NCBI GenBank assembly: GCA_046597055.1
Contig: JBKJLC010000111.1
Coordinates: forward strand, 1-29,960
DNA: 29,960 nt
Direction: 5' to 3'
Source: Kofleriaceae bacterium
Lineage (GTDB): Bacteria > Myxococcota_A > Polyangia > Haliangiales > Haliangiaceae
Under the pieces are notes generated by a model, which was not told the DNA's origin, made no database searches, and saw only the letters and a program-made list of their open reading frames with translations. This document shows positions 1 through 11,910 of the stretch, one piece after another. Every line of letters starts with the position of its first letter. The first letter of the stretch is position 1. A program made the translations under genes and the position numbers.

Positions 1-269
1 TGCTGGTGCACATCGGCGTCGCCGGGGTCCGCCTCCGCGCCGACGTCGCGCGGCTGGCGCGGGCCGAGCGCGCGTCGCTGGTCATCTGCGGCCACTCGCA
101 CATCCCGTTCATCGGCAGCGAGCGCGGGCTGACGGTCTTCAATCCGGGCTCGGTCGGCCCCCGGCGGTTCAGCCTGCCGATCGTGTTCGGCACCATGGAG
201 GTCGGGGCCACCGGGGTCCGGCTCGGCCACGTCGACGCCGAGACCGGCCTTGCGTGGAGCCCGCCGTGA
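1..269 (+). CDS. Metallophosphoesterase, YfcE/MJ0936 family (5'-truncated by window edge)
   Basis: Motifs CGHSHIP and FNPGSVG; the frame is open to the window start. Confidence 0.85.
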   Translation, partial: LVHIGVAGVRLRADVARLARAERASLVICGHSHIPFIGSERGLTVFNPGSVGPRRFSLPIVFGTMEVGATGVRLGHVDAETGLAWSPP

Positions 270-357
270 CCACGCCGACCGCGGGAACCGCGCGGCAGGG
301 TCGTTCGTCCCGAGCTCGAGCTCGCCGGACGCGCCCCGCGCATCGGGCGCCCGCACA

Positions 358-975
358 GGCACATCTTCTCCGGTGGCCCTGAGCCAGGGCTCGCGCAGCG
401 AGCCCGCGGTCGAAGGTTAGACCGTCGAAGAACACGTGCTGCACCCTGCCGCGCTGCCCTCGGGATTGATCACAAGTCTTCATGTGATCGGAAGCGCTCA
501 CCTTTCCCGGTGGCCCTGTGCCGGCGCCGCAGGCGCCGTGTCGAAGGGCAGAGCGCCAAGGTGCCGCACGTGATCTTCGACGGACTGCCCTTCGACGGCG
601 GGCTCGCTTGCGCTCGCCCTGGCTCAGGGCCACCGGAAAGATGTGCGGGATCCTGAGGGCAGCGGGCAGCGCTCAGGATCCCGCACATGTTCGTCCGGTG
701 TCCGTGAGCGAAGGCTCGCGCAGCGAGCCGAAGTCGAAGGGCGGCCCGTCGAAGATCGCGTGCTGCACCCTGCGCCTCTGGCCTCTGGCCCTTCGACACG
801 GCGCCTGCGGCGCCGGCTCAGGGCCACCGGGAAAGGCAACGAGTTCGGTCACCTGGCGAGTTGCGATCAATGCCGAGGGCAGCGCGGCGAGGTGCCGCAT
901 GTGAGCTTCGGTGGTCCGCCGTTCGACCGCGGGCTCGCTGCGCGAGCCCTGGCTCAGGGCCACCGGAACACGTGC
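358..975. repeat. Nested REP/BIME-like array forming a ~620-bp imperfect palindrome (6 units)
   Basis: Units of CCGGTGGCCCTGAGC-(GC hairpin)-GTCGAAGG run forward at ~370-416, 507-548 and 695-741, and reverse at ~588-636, 789-830 and 919-966. The spacers are also mirrored. The centre is the hairpin ATGTGCGGGATCCTGAG...CTCAGGATCCCGCACAT (641-688). Confidence 0.9.
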
Positions 976-1089
976 GGGATCCCGAGGCCCCCCCATCAAC
1001 CGGCAGCATCAGCCGCGCTTCGCCGGATCGTGCCACGCGAGCCGCGCCCGTGCCGCTCGCCGGCGCGAGGCGCGTCCGTGGGGGCCGCC

Positions 1090-1109
1090 GCGTTGCCGCG
1101 ATGCAACGC
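1090..1109. promoter_or_regulatory. Palindromic putative enhancer-binding-protein site (UAS)
   Basis: Perfect GCGTTGC-N6-GCAACGC, ~95 bp upstream of the predicted sigma54 start site. Confidence 0.5.
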
Positions 1110-1168
1110 CCTCGGTCGCTCGCTCGCGGGCGTGGTTGCAGCGAGCTGATCCGACAGACCAGACGGGG

Positions 1169-1184
1169 TGGCACATCGGCTGCA
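1169..1184 (+). promoter_or_regulatory. Sigma54 (-24/-12) promoter
   Basis: TGGCACATCGGCTGCA has exact GG-N10-GC spacing and ends ~54 nt before the ATG at 1238. Confidence 0.7.
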
Positions 1185-1237
1185 CTCACGGGTTCACACA
1201 AACCAACGGCGACCCTCGCCGAGAGCGGAGCAGGACC

Positions 1238-1441
1238 ATGATCAAGAACAAGCAGTCGAAGCTGACCCTCGCGAAGCACACGATCCGTCAGCTGAACGCC
1301 CTGAACAACGACGAGATCGCCCAGGCTGCCGGCGGCGGCACGTCCGGCTACGGCATGTGCAAGAACTACGCGACGCTGTACTGCTCGGTGGGCGGTGGCC
1401 GCGGCACCTGTTACGCAATGGTAGAGGCGCCCATCGAATGA
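1238..1441 (+). CDS. Putative RiPP precursor peptide (lanthipeptide-like leader, double-glycine site), 67 aa
   Basis: MIKNKQSKLTLAKHTIRQLNALNNDEIAQAAGG|GTSGYGMCKNYATLYCSVGGGRGTCYAMVEAPIE. RBS GGAGCAGGA directly upstream, strong GC3 codon bias, own promoter. Confidence 0.75.
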   Translation: MIKNKQSKLTLAKHTIRQLNALNNDEIAQAAGGGTSGYGMCKNYATLYCSVGGGRGTCYAMVEAPIE

Positions 1442-1457
1442 GGATCGCGGTTGCTCT

Positions 1458-5180
<3,723 letters not shown>

Positions 5181-5369
5181 GCTCGCAGCATAACCCACCG
5201 CCTGTGCGGCGCGATCGCGAACACCGTCCGCTGCCCGGCTGACACGCGATCGGCGCACGGCCGCAGGCGCCGACTGGGCGAGATGTAGGCAGGCAGGACC
5301 CGGCCCGGGAGTGGCGCTCCCGCGGGCGGCCCGGGGCTCGAGCACAGGGTCGGCCCCCCCGCCCGCCGG

Positions 5370-6176
5370 TCAGCGCCGGACGTCGGTCGAGTGGAACAGC
5401 TTGTCGGCCGAGCCCGGCACGAAGCCCTGGAACAGCGCCCCCGATGGCAGGGCGTGGCGGCGTGCGAACTCGTAGTAGCAGCTCGGTACCCGGTGGCTGC
5501 CGTCGGCAAAGGCGACCTCGACGGCATCGGCCCGGGTCGATGACTGTTCGAGCAGCTCGGCCGGCGAGCCCTTGATCAACCCGCCCTCCAGGTTGAGCTG
5601 GAAGCCGGCGCCGATCAGCAGCTGGTTGACCGCCTCGAGCCCGGCCAGGGTCGTCAGGCGACCGACGTCGACGGTGAAGTGGTTGACCCGGAAGCCGAAC
5701 GCCGCGACCCACGCCGCGTACTCGCTCTCCGCCAGCAGCGCCAGGTAGGTCGCATGATCGATCGACCACGGTCGGCCCGCGTACGGCAGGTCGTCACGCT
5801 CGCCGAAACCGTCGGGGAGCTGATCATGCAGCGCGTGGATCGCGGCCTGGGCGGCCGGCGACAGCTCCTCGACCACGAGCTCGCTGATGAACACCTTGGG
5901 CACGGTCGGATCGGCGTGCTGGAAGTAGCGGGCGCGCAGGTGCTTGGCCGGGAACCGGTAGTCTTCGCGCGCGACGAAGCCGCGCTGCTCGAACGGATTG
6001 GCCAGGGCCGCGAGGCCCATGCCGGGTCGCGCGTAGGTGCGCAGCGCGACGTGATCGTTGATGATCGTCTCGCCGCGGGCGGCGAACAGCGCATGGATGG
6101 CGCGGGCCTGGGGCGTGATGGCGACGTAGTCGCGCCACAGCGCGTCGAGGTATTCGCTCAAGCTGGGGTTCGTCAC
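5370..6176 (-). CDS. DUF1338 family protein (2-oxoadipate dioxygenase/decarboxylase-like, short form)
   Basis: INDHVALRT, VNHFT, GGLIKGSP..LLEQSST and YYEFARR motifs; start at GTG 6176 or ATG 6188. Confidence 0.85.
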   Translation of the reverse strand: MTNPSLSEYLDALWRDYVAITPQARAIHALFAARGETIINDHVALRTYARPGMGLAALANPFEQRGFVAREDYRFPAKHLRARYFQHADPTVPKVFISELVVEELSPAAQAAIHALHDQLPDGFGERDDLPYAGRPWSIDHATYLALLAESEYAAWVAAFGFRVNHFTVDVGRLTTLAGLEAVNQLLIGAGFQLNLEGGLIKGSPAELLEQSSTRADAVEVAFADGSHRVPSCYYEFARRHALPSGALFQGFVPGSADKLFHSTDVRR

Positions 6177-6398
6177 GGCCGCGACCATGCCACGACCGCG
6201 CGTCGGTCAGGCAGCTCGCCGGGGCAGGCCGCGCCACCGCGGTCGCGCGCGCGATGACCCTGCCGAACACCGCGACCCGGCACGTGGGGGCGACCACGTC
6301 CTCACGCTGCCGCCGAAAAAGCAAAAGCCGCGGAAGCCGCGGCGGTTCACGCTGCCACGCGCCGCGCGTCGATGACGTCGCGGCGCAGGTGACGTGGA

Positions 6399-7883
6399 CT
6401 ATCGGGTGACGACCTCGATCGACCAGGCGTTGAGCGTGCCGACGTCCTGGCCCGCGTGGTCGCTGACCGTGAGGACCCAGTCACCGGCGAGGGCGAGGCC
6501 GCCCAGGGTGGCGGCGTCGAGCGTGAGCTTGAGGTGATCCTCGTAGCCACCGGTCTTGTCGTGCAGCGTCACGGTCTGGCCGGCGTGGGCCAGCACGACC
6601 TTGAGGTCGCCACGGTAGGTGTGGCTGATGTCGAGGGTGACCTTGACCGCGCCGACCGTGCCCGCGTCGGGGACCGCGATGGTGCTGGTGATGCCGGCCG
6701 GGGTGTTGTCCGGGATCGCGACCGCCGGGGTCGCGCCGTAGGTGCGCGAGGTCGGGGTGGCCTGGCAGCTGGCGTGGGTCGCGCACTGGCTGTCGTCGCA
6801 GTCGACCTGGGTGTCGGCGTCGTCGTCGACGCCGTTGTCGCAGGTCTCGGCCGGGGTCTCGAGGGTCGGCACCGCCGAGACGTAGGCGGTGGCGTACTCG
6901 GCGACGTACTTCATCGACAGGTAGCCGTAGCCATCGCCGTGCGGGTTACCGACGCCGAAGCTGCCGGTGCCCCACGAGTTCTTGAAGATCCAGAAGCCCT
7001 TCTCGACGACCGGGTTGCCGGCGGCATCGACCACGGCCGCGCCGTTCTCGTCGAGGACCGGGACCTGCTTGTCGTCATCCCAGCCCACGATGTGGATGGC
7101 GTGGCCGGCCCGCTTGGCGAGCGACAGCTCCTTGTCCTTGGCATTGGGGTACCGGACGACGCCCTCGCGCCACGACTCGGTGTTGACCGGGATGGTCGAG
7201 GCGCGGTGGTTCCACGCCTGGTAGAAGAAGGTGAGCCCGATCGTCACGCCCGACTTCTTGGTGGTGAGGTGCTCCTTGATGTCGCGGTTGCTGAGGTAGC
7301 GACCGGCGGGCAGCTTCCACTTCTTGGCGGCGACCGCCTCGGCCGGCGGCGCGCCGTTCGTGTAGCACTGGACCGGCAGGTCCTCGCCGCCGACGCACAT
7401 CGGATCGTTGGTCGCGTTCCACGGCCGGGACTGGTACGGCCAGAGCGCCTCCTCGACGATGCCGAAGTTGCTGATGGCGCGCAGGTTCGAGTCAGCGCTG
7501 GAGCCCTCGGTGTTGCGGAACGACCGCACCTGCTCCTTGGCCGACCACTGCAGGTACTGCTCGGAGAAGTCGGCGTCGCGCTTGCCGGCCTTGATGTAGA
7601 GGTTCTCCATCAACGCGGCGCTCGCGAAGATCGAGCACACGCCGCGGCTGCCCTGGCTCTTGACCGACGACTGCTCGGTCAGGAGCGCCGTGAACAGCTT
7701 CGGGTAGACCGCGTCGGCCTTGCTCTCGGACGGGATGGTGTTCGGGGCACCGTCGAACAGCGGGTCGTAGCTCGAGACCGGGTACTCGTCGTCGAACGGC
7801 GAGGGACCGGCGTCGGGATCGTCACCGGCGCAGGCGAGGAGGGGAAGGCTGAACAGGGTGGCGGCGAGGAAGCTCAGGCGCAT
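6399..7883 (-). CDS. Papain-like (C1) cysteine peptidase lipoprotein with a C-terminal proprotein-convertase P-domain
   Basis: Lipobox LLAC; QGSRGVCSIF (Gln/Cys), GHAIHIVGW (His) and KNSWG (Asn); ETCDNGVDDD..VDCDD repeat; IPDNTPAGITSTI..ISHTYRGDL..GDWVL P-domain. Confidence 0.9.
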   Translation of the reverse strand: MRLSFLAATLFSLPLLACAGDDPDAGPSPFDDEYPVSSYDPLFDGAPNTIPSESKADAVYPKLFTALLTEQSSVKSQGSRGVCSIFASAALMENLYIKAGKRDADFSEQYLQWSAKEQVRSFRNTEGSSADSNLRAISNFGIVEEALWPYQSRPWNATNDPMCVGGEDLPVQCYTNGAPPAEAVAAKKWKLPAGRYLSNRDIKEHLTTKKSGVTIGLTFFYQAWNHRASTIPVNTESWREGVVRYPNAKDKELSLAKRAGHAIHIVGWDDDKQVPVLDENGAAVVDAAGNPVVEKGFWIFKNSWGTGSFGVGNPHGDGYGYLSMKYVAEYATAYVSAVPTLETPAETCDNGVDDDADTQVDCDDSQCATHASCQATPTSRTYGATPAVAIPDNTPAGITSTIAVPDAGTVGAVKVTLDISHTYRGDLKVVLAHAGQTVTLHDKTGGYEDHLKLTLDAATLGGLALAGDWVLTVSDHAGQDVGTLNAWSIEVVTR

Positions 7884-7895
7884 GGCGACCCATCT

Positions 7896-7911
7896 AGCGC
7901 GATCCGTGCCA
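7896..7911 (-). promoter_or_regulatory. Possible sigma54 promoter for the C1 peptidase
   Basis: Minus strand TGGCACGGATCGCGCT: perfect -24 and GG-N10-GC spacing, but a non-consensus -12. Confidence 0.35.
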
Positions 7912-8132
7912 GCCACGGCGTGGCGTAGGTTGGCAAGATCACGGGAGGTTCACACCCGGATTCTGCCGGAGGCAGCCGACGCCGCCGGCGAACCGCGTGG
8001 CCAGGGACGCAAGGCCCCTGCACTGAGGACAGGAGGTTGCAGGCAAGTCGAGTCGCCACACCCGGACCCCATCGACCGGTCCGCACTGGGTGGCCCGATC
8101 GCCAACCGGAGCCGGGGCGCTACGGTTGCCGC

Positions 8133-8849
8133 ATGTGCGGCCGCTACAAGTCCACCCACCAGGACACGCTGGTCGCGGAGATGCAGCTGGCGCTCGCGAC
8201 CGACGCCGAGGTCGCGGCGGTGCTGGCGACCGCGCCGGGGCTCCCCGCCGGGCTCACCTCGTGGTGGGCACCGCGCTGGAACATCGCGCCGACCCAGCCG
8301 GCCGCCATCGTGGTCGCGCGCGCCCGGCCCACGCTCACCTTGATGAGGTGGGGCCTGGTGCCGCACTGGGCCACCGACCTCTCGGGCGGGGCCCGGATGA
8401 TCAACGCGCGGGCCGAGACGGTCGCCAGCAAGCCGGCGTTCCGCGAGGCGCTCCAGCGGCGCCGCTGCCTGGTCCCGGCCGACGGCTTCTACGAGTGGCG
8501 TGCGAGCGCGGTCAAGAAGGCGCCGCGGCAGCCGTTCCTGATCGGGCCCACCGCCGCGCTCGCGACCGTCACGTTCGCCGGGCTGTGGGATCGCTGGAAG
8601 TCGCCGGCCGGCTGGGTCGAGTCGTTCACGATCATCACCACCGCGGCGGCGTCGCTGGTGGCGCCGCTCCACGACCGCATGCCGCTGGTGATCGAGCCCG
8701 CCGATCGCGCCCGCTGGCTCGCCGCGGACGAGGCGCCCGCCGAGGCGGTGGCCGAGCTGCTCCGAGCGCTGCCGCTCGTCGGCTGGGCGGTGAACGAGGT
8801 CGAGCCGTGGATCAACGTGGCCGGCCGCGAGCATGGCGCCGTCGCCTGA
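8133..8849 (+). CDS. SOS response-associated peptidase (SRAP/YedK/HMCES family)
   Basis: N-terminal MCGRY, NIAPTQ, MRWGLVP, INARAET, RRCLVPADGFYEW and HDRMP. Confidence 0.95.
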   Translation: MCGRYKSTHQDTLVAEMQLALATDAEVAAVLATAPGLPAGLTSWWAPRWNIAPTQPAAIVVARARPTLTLMRWGLVPHWATDLSGGARMINARAETVASKPAFREALQRRRCLVPADGFYEWRASAVKKAPRQPFLIGPTAALATVTFAGLWDRWKSPAGWVESFTIITTAAASLVAPLHDRMPLVIEPADRARWLAADEAPAEAVAELLRALPLVGWAVNEVEPWINVAGREHGAVA

Positions 8850-9241
8850 CGAGTGGGTCCGCGGAATCGATCAGCGCTTGCGGCCGTCTCCGCCTTGCCG
8901 CTGAACGCAGCGCGCAGCACGAAGTCGGGGGCCGAGCTCGGGATCGCGCACATCGCTTGCCGTGATGGTGGGCTCGTACTGGGGCGGCGCGGCCGGCCTC
9001 GCCGTCGGCGGAGCCGAGGTCCCGGCGCTTGCTCGATCCGGGGTCCCCGGGCGTGACGCACGCCGGTGCCATTGCCCCAACCCGCCGACGCATGCACCGC
9101 CCGGCCGGGGAAATTACGAGCGCGCCTGGGACCTCGTCCCCGCCTCGGCTCGTCCTCCGTGCCGGTCTCGAACCCCCGCCCCGTGCTCGACGGAGATGCC
9201 GCTCGTGCGACAGCCCGAACCGTGCGTCCTGAGTCCATCCA

Positions 9242-9371
9242 CCGTTTGACCTGGGCGCAGCCGGTCGCGAAGCGTCGGGAGTCGAAGGACACCCAGTCGC
9301 CGTTCGACTCCGCGCTTCGCGCTGCGCTCAGGGCGAACGGTGAAGCACCGAGGGCGAACGGTGAAGCACCG
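9242..9371. repeat. Inverted REP-like doublet plus a 21-bp tandem duplication
   Basis: CCGTTTGACCTGGGCGCAGC..GAGTCGAAGG (9242-9288) faces CCGTTCGACTC..GCTGCGCTCAGGGCGAACGG (9300-9340). AGGGCGAACGGTGAAGCACCG occurs at 9330-9350 and 9351-9371. Confidence 0.75.
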
Positions 9372-9425
9372 AGCGCTTCTCGGTACGACCGGCGGGTGAG
9401 ACGCGCAGGCCGCGCCGCCCGTGGG

Positions 9426-10445
9426 CTAGAACGCGAACGGCACGTCGACCTGGACGATGTCGTAGCCCTTGCCGCTCATCGGATCATCGAGGGGACGCGC
9501 GTAGGCGAGGCCGGGGCGCAGCCAGCGGTTGCCGGCCAGCTTGATGTGGCCGCGGACGCCGGCGGCGGCCGTGAGGTTGTCGCGGCTGGCCCCGGTGGCG
9601 TCGGCGGCGACCGCGGCCGGGGTTGACAGCCAGCGCTGGTAGCGCAGCTCGGCGCCGACCGACAGCCACGGCAGCGCGAAGTAGCCGGCGTGCAGCCCCG
9701 AAGTGAAGTTGGTCTTGTGCTCGTCCAGCTGGACGTCCTCGCCGCGCACCCGGGTCAGCTGGAGCACGGTGACCTCGGCCTGGACGGTCAACCCGCCGGC
9801 GATGTACGCGAGGCCGGCGCCGCCGATCAGCGCGTGATCATTGACGGCGAACAGCGCGTTGTCCATCGACGACCGGGCCGCGATCGCCAGGCGGTTGGCC
9901 CCCGCGCGCGCGAGGTCGGGGTTGTCGCCGCCGCCGGCGCCGAGCGGCAGCGTGAACGCGCCGAACAACCCGAGCTTGACCGTCGGTGACAGCGGCCGGC
10001 CCCAGCTCAGCCCGAGCAGCGGGTTCGAGATCGTGTTCACGCCGTCACCGACCGCCGGCAGGTCGCGCACGACCGCGACCCGGACCAGCGGCGCCAGTCG
10101 CGGGCTCACCTTGTAAGCGACCAGCAGCGTCGACGCGACGGTGGTGCCGGCGCCGGCGTCGGTCTGGTACCCGGCGACAGTGGTGTCGGAGCGCACCACG
10201 CTGCCGGGCGCGATCGGGCGCAGCTGCCACGGGAGCGCATACGGCGGCGGGGTCGCCGCCAGCGCGGGGCCCGGGGTGGCCGCCGGCAGCGTGGTCGCGA
10301 CCGTCGGTTCGCTCGGCGGCGGCAGCGTCATGCCCGCGCTCGTCGTCGGGGGTTCGTCGCCCGCGGCAGTGCGCGGCGCCAGCATGGCGAGCGCGGCGGC
10401 CAGGGACAGGGAGGCGTGGATCAGGGGCGATGGGGTCATCTTCAT
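9426..10445 (-). CDS. Secreted protein, probable outer-membrane beta-barrel
   Basis: Signal-peptide-like N-terminus, Pro/Thr linker, alternating amphipathic strands and a terminal Phe (VQVDVPFAF). Confidence 0.7.
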   Translation of the reverse strand: MKMTPSPLIHASLSLAAALAMLAPRTAAGDEPPTTSAGMTLPPPSEPTVATTLPAATPGPALAATPPPYALPWQLRPIAPGSVVRSDTTVAGYQTDAGAGTTVASTLLVAYKVSPRLAPLVRVAVVRDLPAVGDGVNTISNPLLGLSWGRPLSPTVKLGLFGAFTLPLGAGGGDNPDLARAGANRLAIAARSSMDNALFAVNDHALIGGAGLAYIAGGLTVQAEVTVLQLTRVRGEDVQLDEHKTNFTSGLHAGYFALPWLSVGAELRYQRWLSTPAAVAADATGASRDNLTAAAGVRGHIKLAGNRWLRPGLAYARPLDDPMSGKGYDIVQVDVPFAF

Positions 10446-10518
10446 GGTGCGCACGCTAGCGAACGCCGGTTTCGTCGCGATGTCCGCCGCGCGAACCGTC
10501 TCAGCAGAACTCGCCTCG

Positions 10519-10535
10519 TGTCCGACATCCGGACA
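10519..10535. promoter_or_regulatory. Palindromic operator candidate in the divergent promoter region
   Basis: TGTCCG-N5-CGGACA lies between the outer-membrane protein gene and the ABC operon. Confidence 0.35.
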
Positions 10536-10620
10536 GAAGCGAAGTCGGCTTCAGTCTGGTTACGACGAATTTACGAGAGGGGTCCTGCCCACGACATGTG
10601 CGCCAGCGAAAGTGCGATGC

Positions 10621-11910
10621 ATGATGAAGGACGATGAGAGGGAGAAGCGTGCGGCGCCTTCGCGTCGCGCGGTCCTCGGTGGGCTAGGTGCGGCCGGCGC
10701 TGCGGTCCTGACCGGGGCCTGCGGCGACTCGCGGTCGGAGGTCCAGCCAGCCGACCTGGGCGCGGCTGGACCCGAGGTCAAGCAGCTCCGCATCGGCATG
10801 ATCGCGCTCACCGACTGCTCGTCGATCGTGATCGCCAAGGAAAAGGGCTGCTTCGCCCGCCACGGCCTCGACGTCACGATCGTCAAGGGCGCGAGCTGGG
10901 CGGCGATCCGCGATTCGCTCTCGCACGGCGATCTCCACGCGACCCACATGTTGCTGGGCATGCCGATCGCATCGACCCTGGGCCTGGGCGGTTCACCCAA
11001 GGTGCCGATGGTGGTGCCGTGGCTGATCAACCGCAACGGCCAGGCGATCACGCTGCGCACGGCCTTCAAGGGCAAGGTCGCCGCCGATCCCAGGGCGCTG
11101 GCGCCGCTGGCGCAGGAGGCCAAGGCCGCCGGCAAGCCGATGACCTTCGCGATGACCTTCCCGCCCGGCACCCACGCGATGTGGATGCGCTACTGGCTCG
11201 CCGCCGGCGGCATCCACCCCGATCGCGACGTCGCGCTGACCACGATCCCGCCGCCACAGATGGTGGCCAACATGAAGACCGGCGCGATGGACGGCTTCTG
11301 CGTCGGCGAGCCGTGGAACGCGCGCGCGATCGCCGATGGCGTCGGCTACACCGCGATCACCACCCAGGAGATCTGGAAGGACCATCCGGAGAAGGTGTGC
11401 GCCTTCACCCGCGCGTTCGCCGACGCCAACCCGCGGACGGTCAAGGCGGTCATCAAGGCGCTGCACGAGGCCAGCGTGTGGCTCGACACGATGTCGAACC
11501 GCGCCGAGCAGGCCCAGATCGTCGGCCGCACGACCTACATCAACTGCCCGCCCGCGATCATCCAGCCCCGGCTCGAGGGCCACTACGATCACGGCGACGG
11601 TCGGGTCCGCCAGGACCCCGACTACATGATCTTCCACGACCGCAACTGCAACTATCCGCAGCGCAAGTACGCCGTGTGGTGGCTGAGCCAGTTCCGGCGC
11701 TGGGGCATGGTCGAGGGCGCCCCCGACTACCAGGGCGTCGCGGACACGGTCATGCGGCCCGACCTCTACGAGGCGGCGATGAAGGAGCTGGGCGCCGAGC
11801 ACGGCGGCGCCAACGACCAGCCCGAGACCCTGTTCGACGGCGTCACCTTCGAGCCCGCGCGCGCGGAGGAGTACGCGCTCGGGTTCGCGGTCAAGAGCCC
11901 GAAAGGATGA
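10621..11910 (+). CDS. CmpA/NrtA family ABC substrate-binding protein (nitrate/nitrite/cyanate/bicarbonate type), Tat lipoprotein
   Basis: SRRAVLG twin-Arg and LTGAC lipobox; GMIALTDC, FAMTFPPGTH, PPPQMVANM, GFCVGEPWN and IWKDHPEK. Confidence 0.92.
   Translation: MMKDDEREKRAAPSRRAVLGGLGAAGAAVLTGACGDSRSEVQPADLGAAGPEVKQLRIGMIALTDCSSIVIAKEKGCFARHGLDVTIVKGASWAAIRDSLSHGDLHATHMLLGMPIASTLGLGGSPKVPMVVPWLINRNGQAITLRTAFKGKVAADPRALAPLAQEAKAAGKPMTFAMTFPPGTHAMWMRYWLAAGGIHPDRDVALTTIPPPQMVANMKTGAMDGFCVGEPWNARAIADGVGYTAITTQEIWKDHPEKVCAFTRAFADANPRTVKAVIKALHEASVWLDTMSNRAEQAQIVGRTTYINCPPAIIQPRLEGHYDHGDGRVRQDPDYMIFHDRNCNYPQRKYAVWWLSQFRRWGMVEGAPDYQGVADTVMRPDLYEAAMKELGAEHGGANDQPETLFDGVTFEPARAEEYALGFAVKSPKG

Noticed and set aside
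358..975. CRISPR array, or real CDSs among the many overlapping ORFs
   Set aside because: The units are in both orientations, the spacers are mirrored rather than unique, and there are no cas genes. The ORFs are translations of the repeat on both strands.
1018..1034. Minus-strand sigma54 promoter TGGCACGATCCGGC pointing into the repeat
   Set aside because: The spacing is GG-N9-GC, one base short.
911..1237. N-terminal 109 codons of the 176-aa ORF 911..1441
   Set aside because: It starts inside the repeat and runs through the promoter; the RBS and codon bias support ATG 1238.
10141..10620. N-terminal extension of the ABC binding protein (likewise the extensions of 11019..12680, 11936..13471 and 25053..28439)
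   Set aside because: They overlap other real genes; signal peptides and stop/start overlaps define the later starts.
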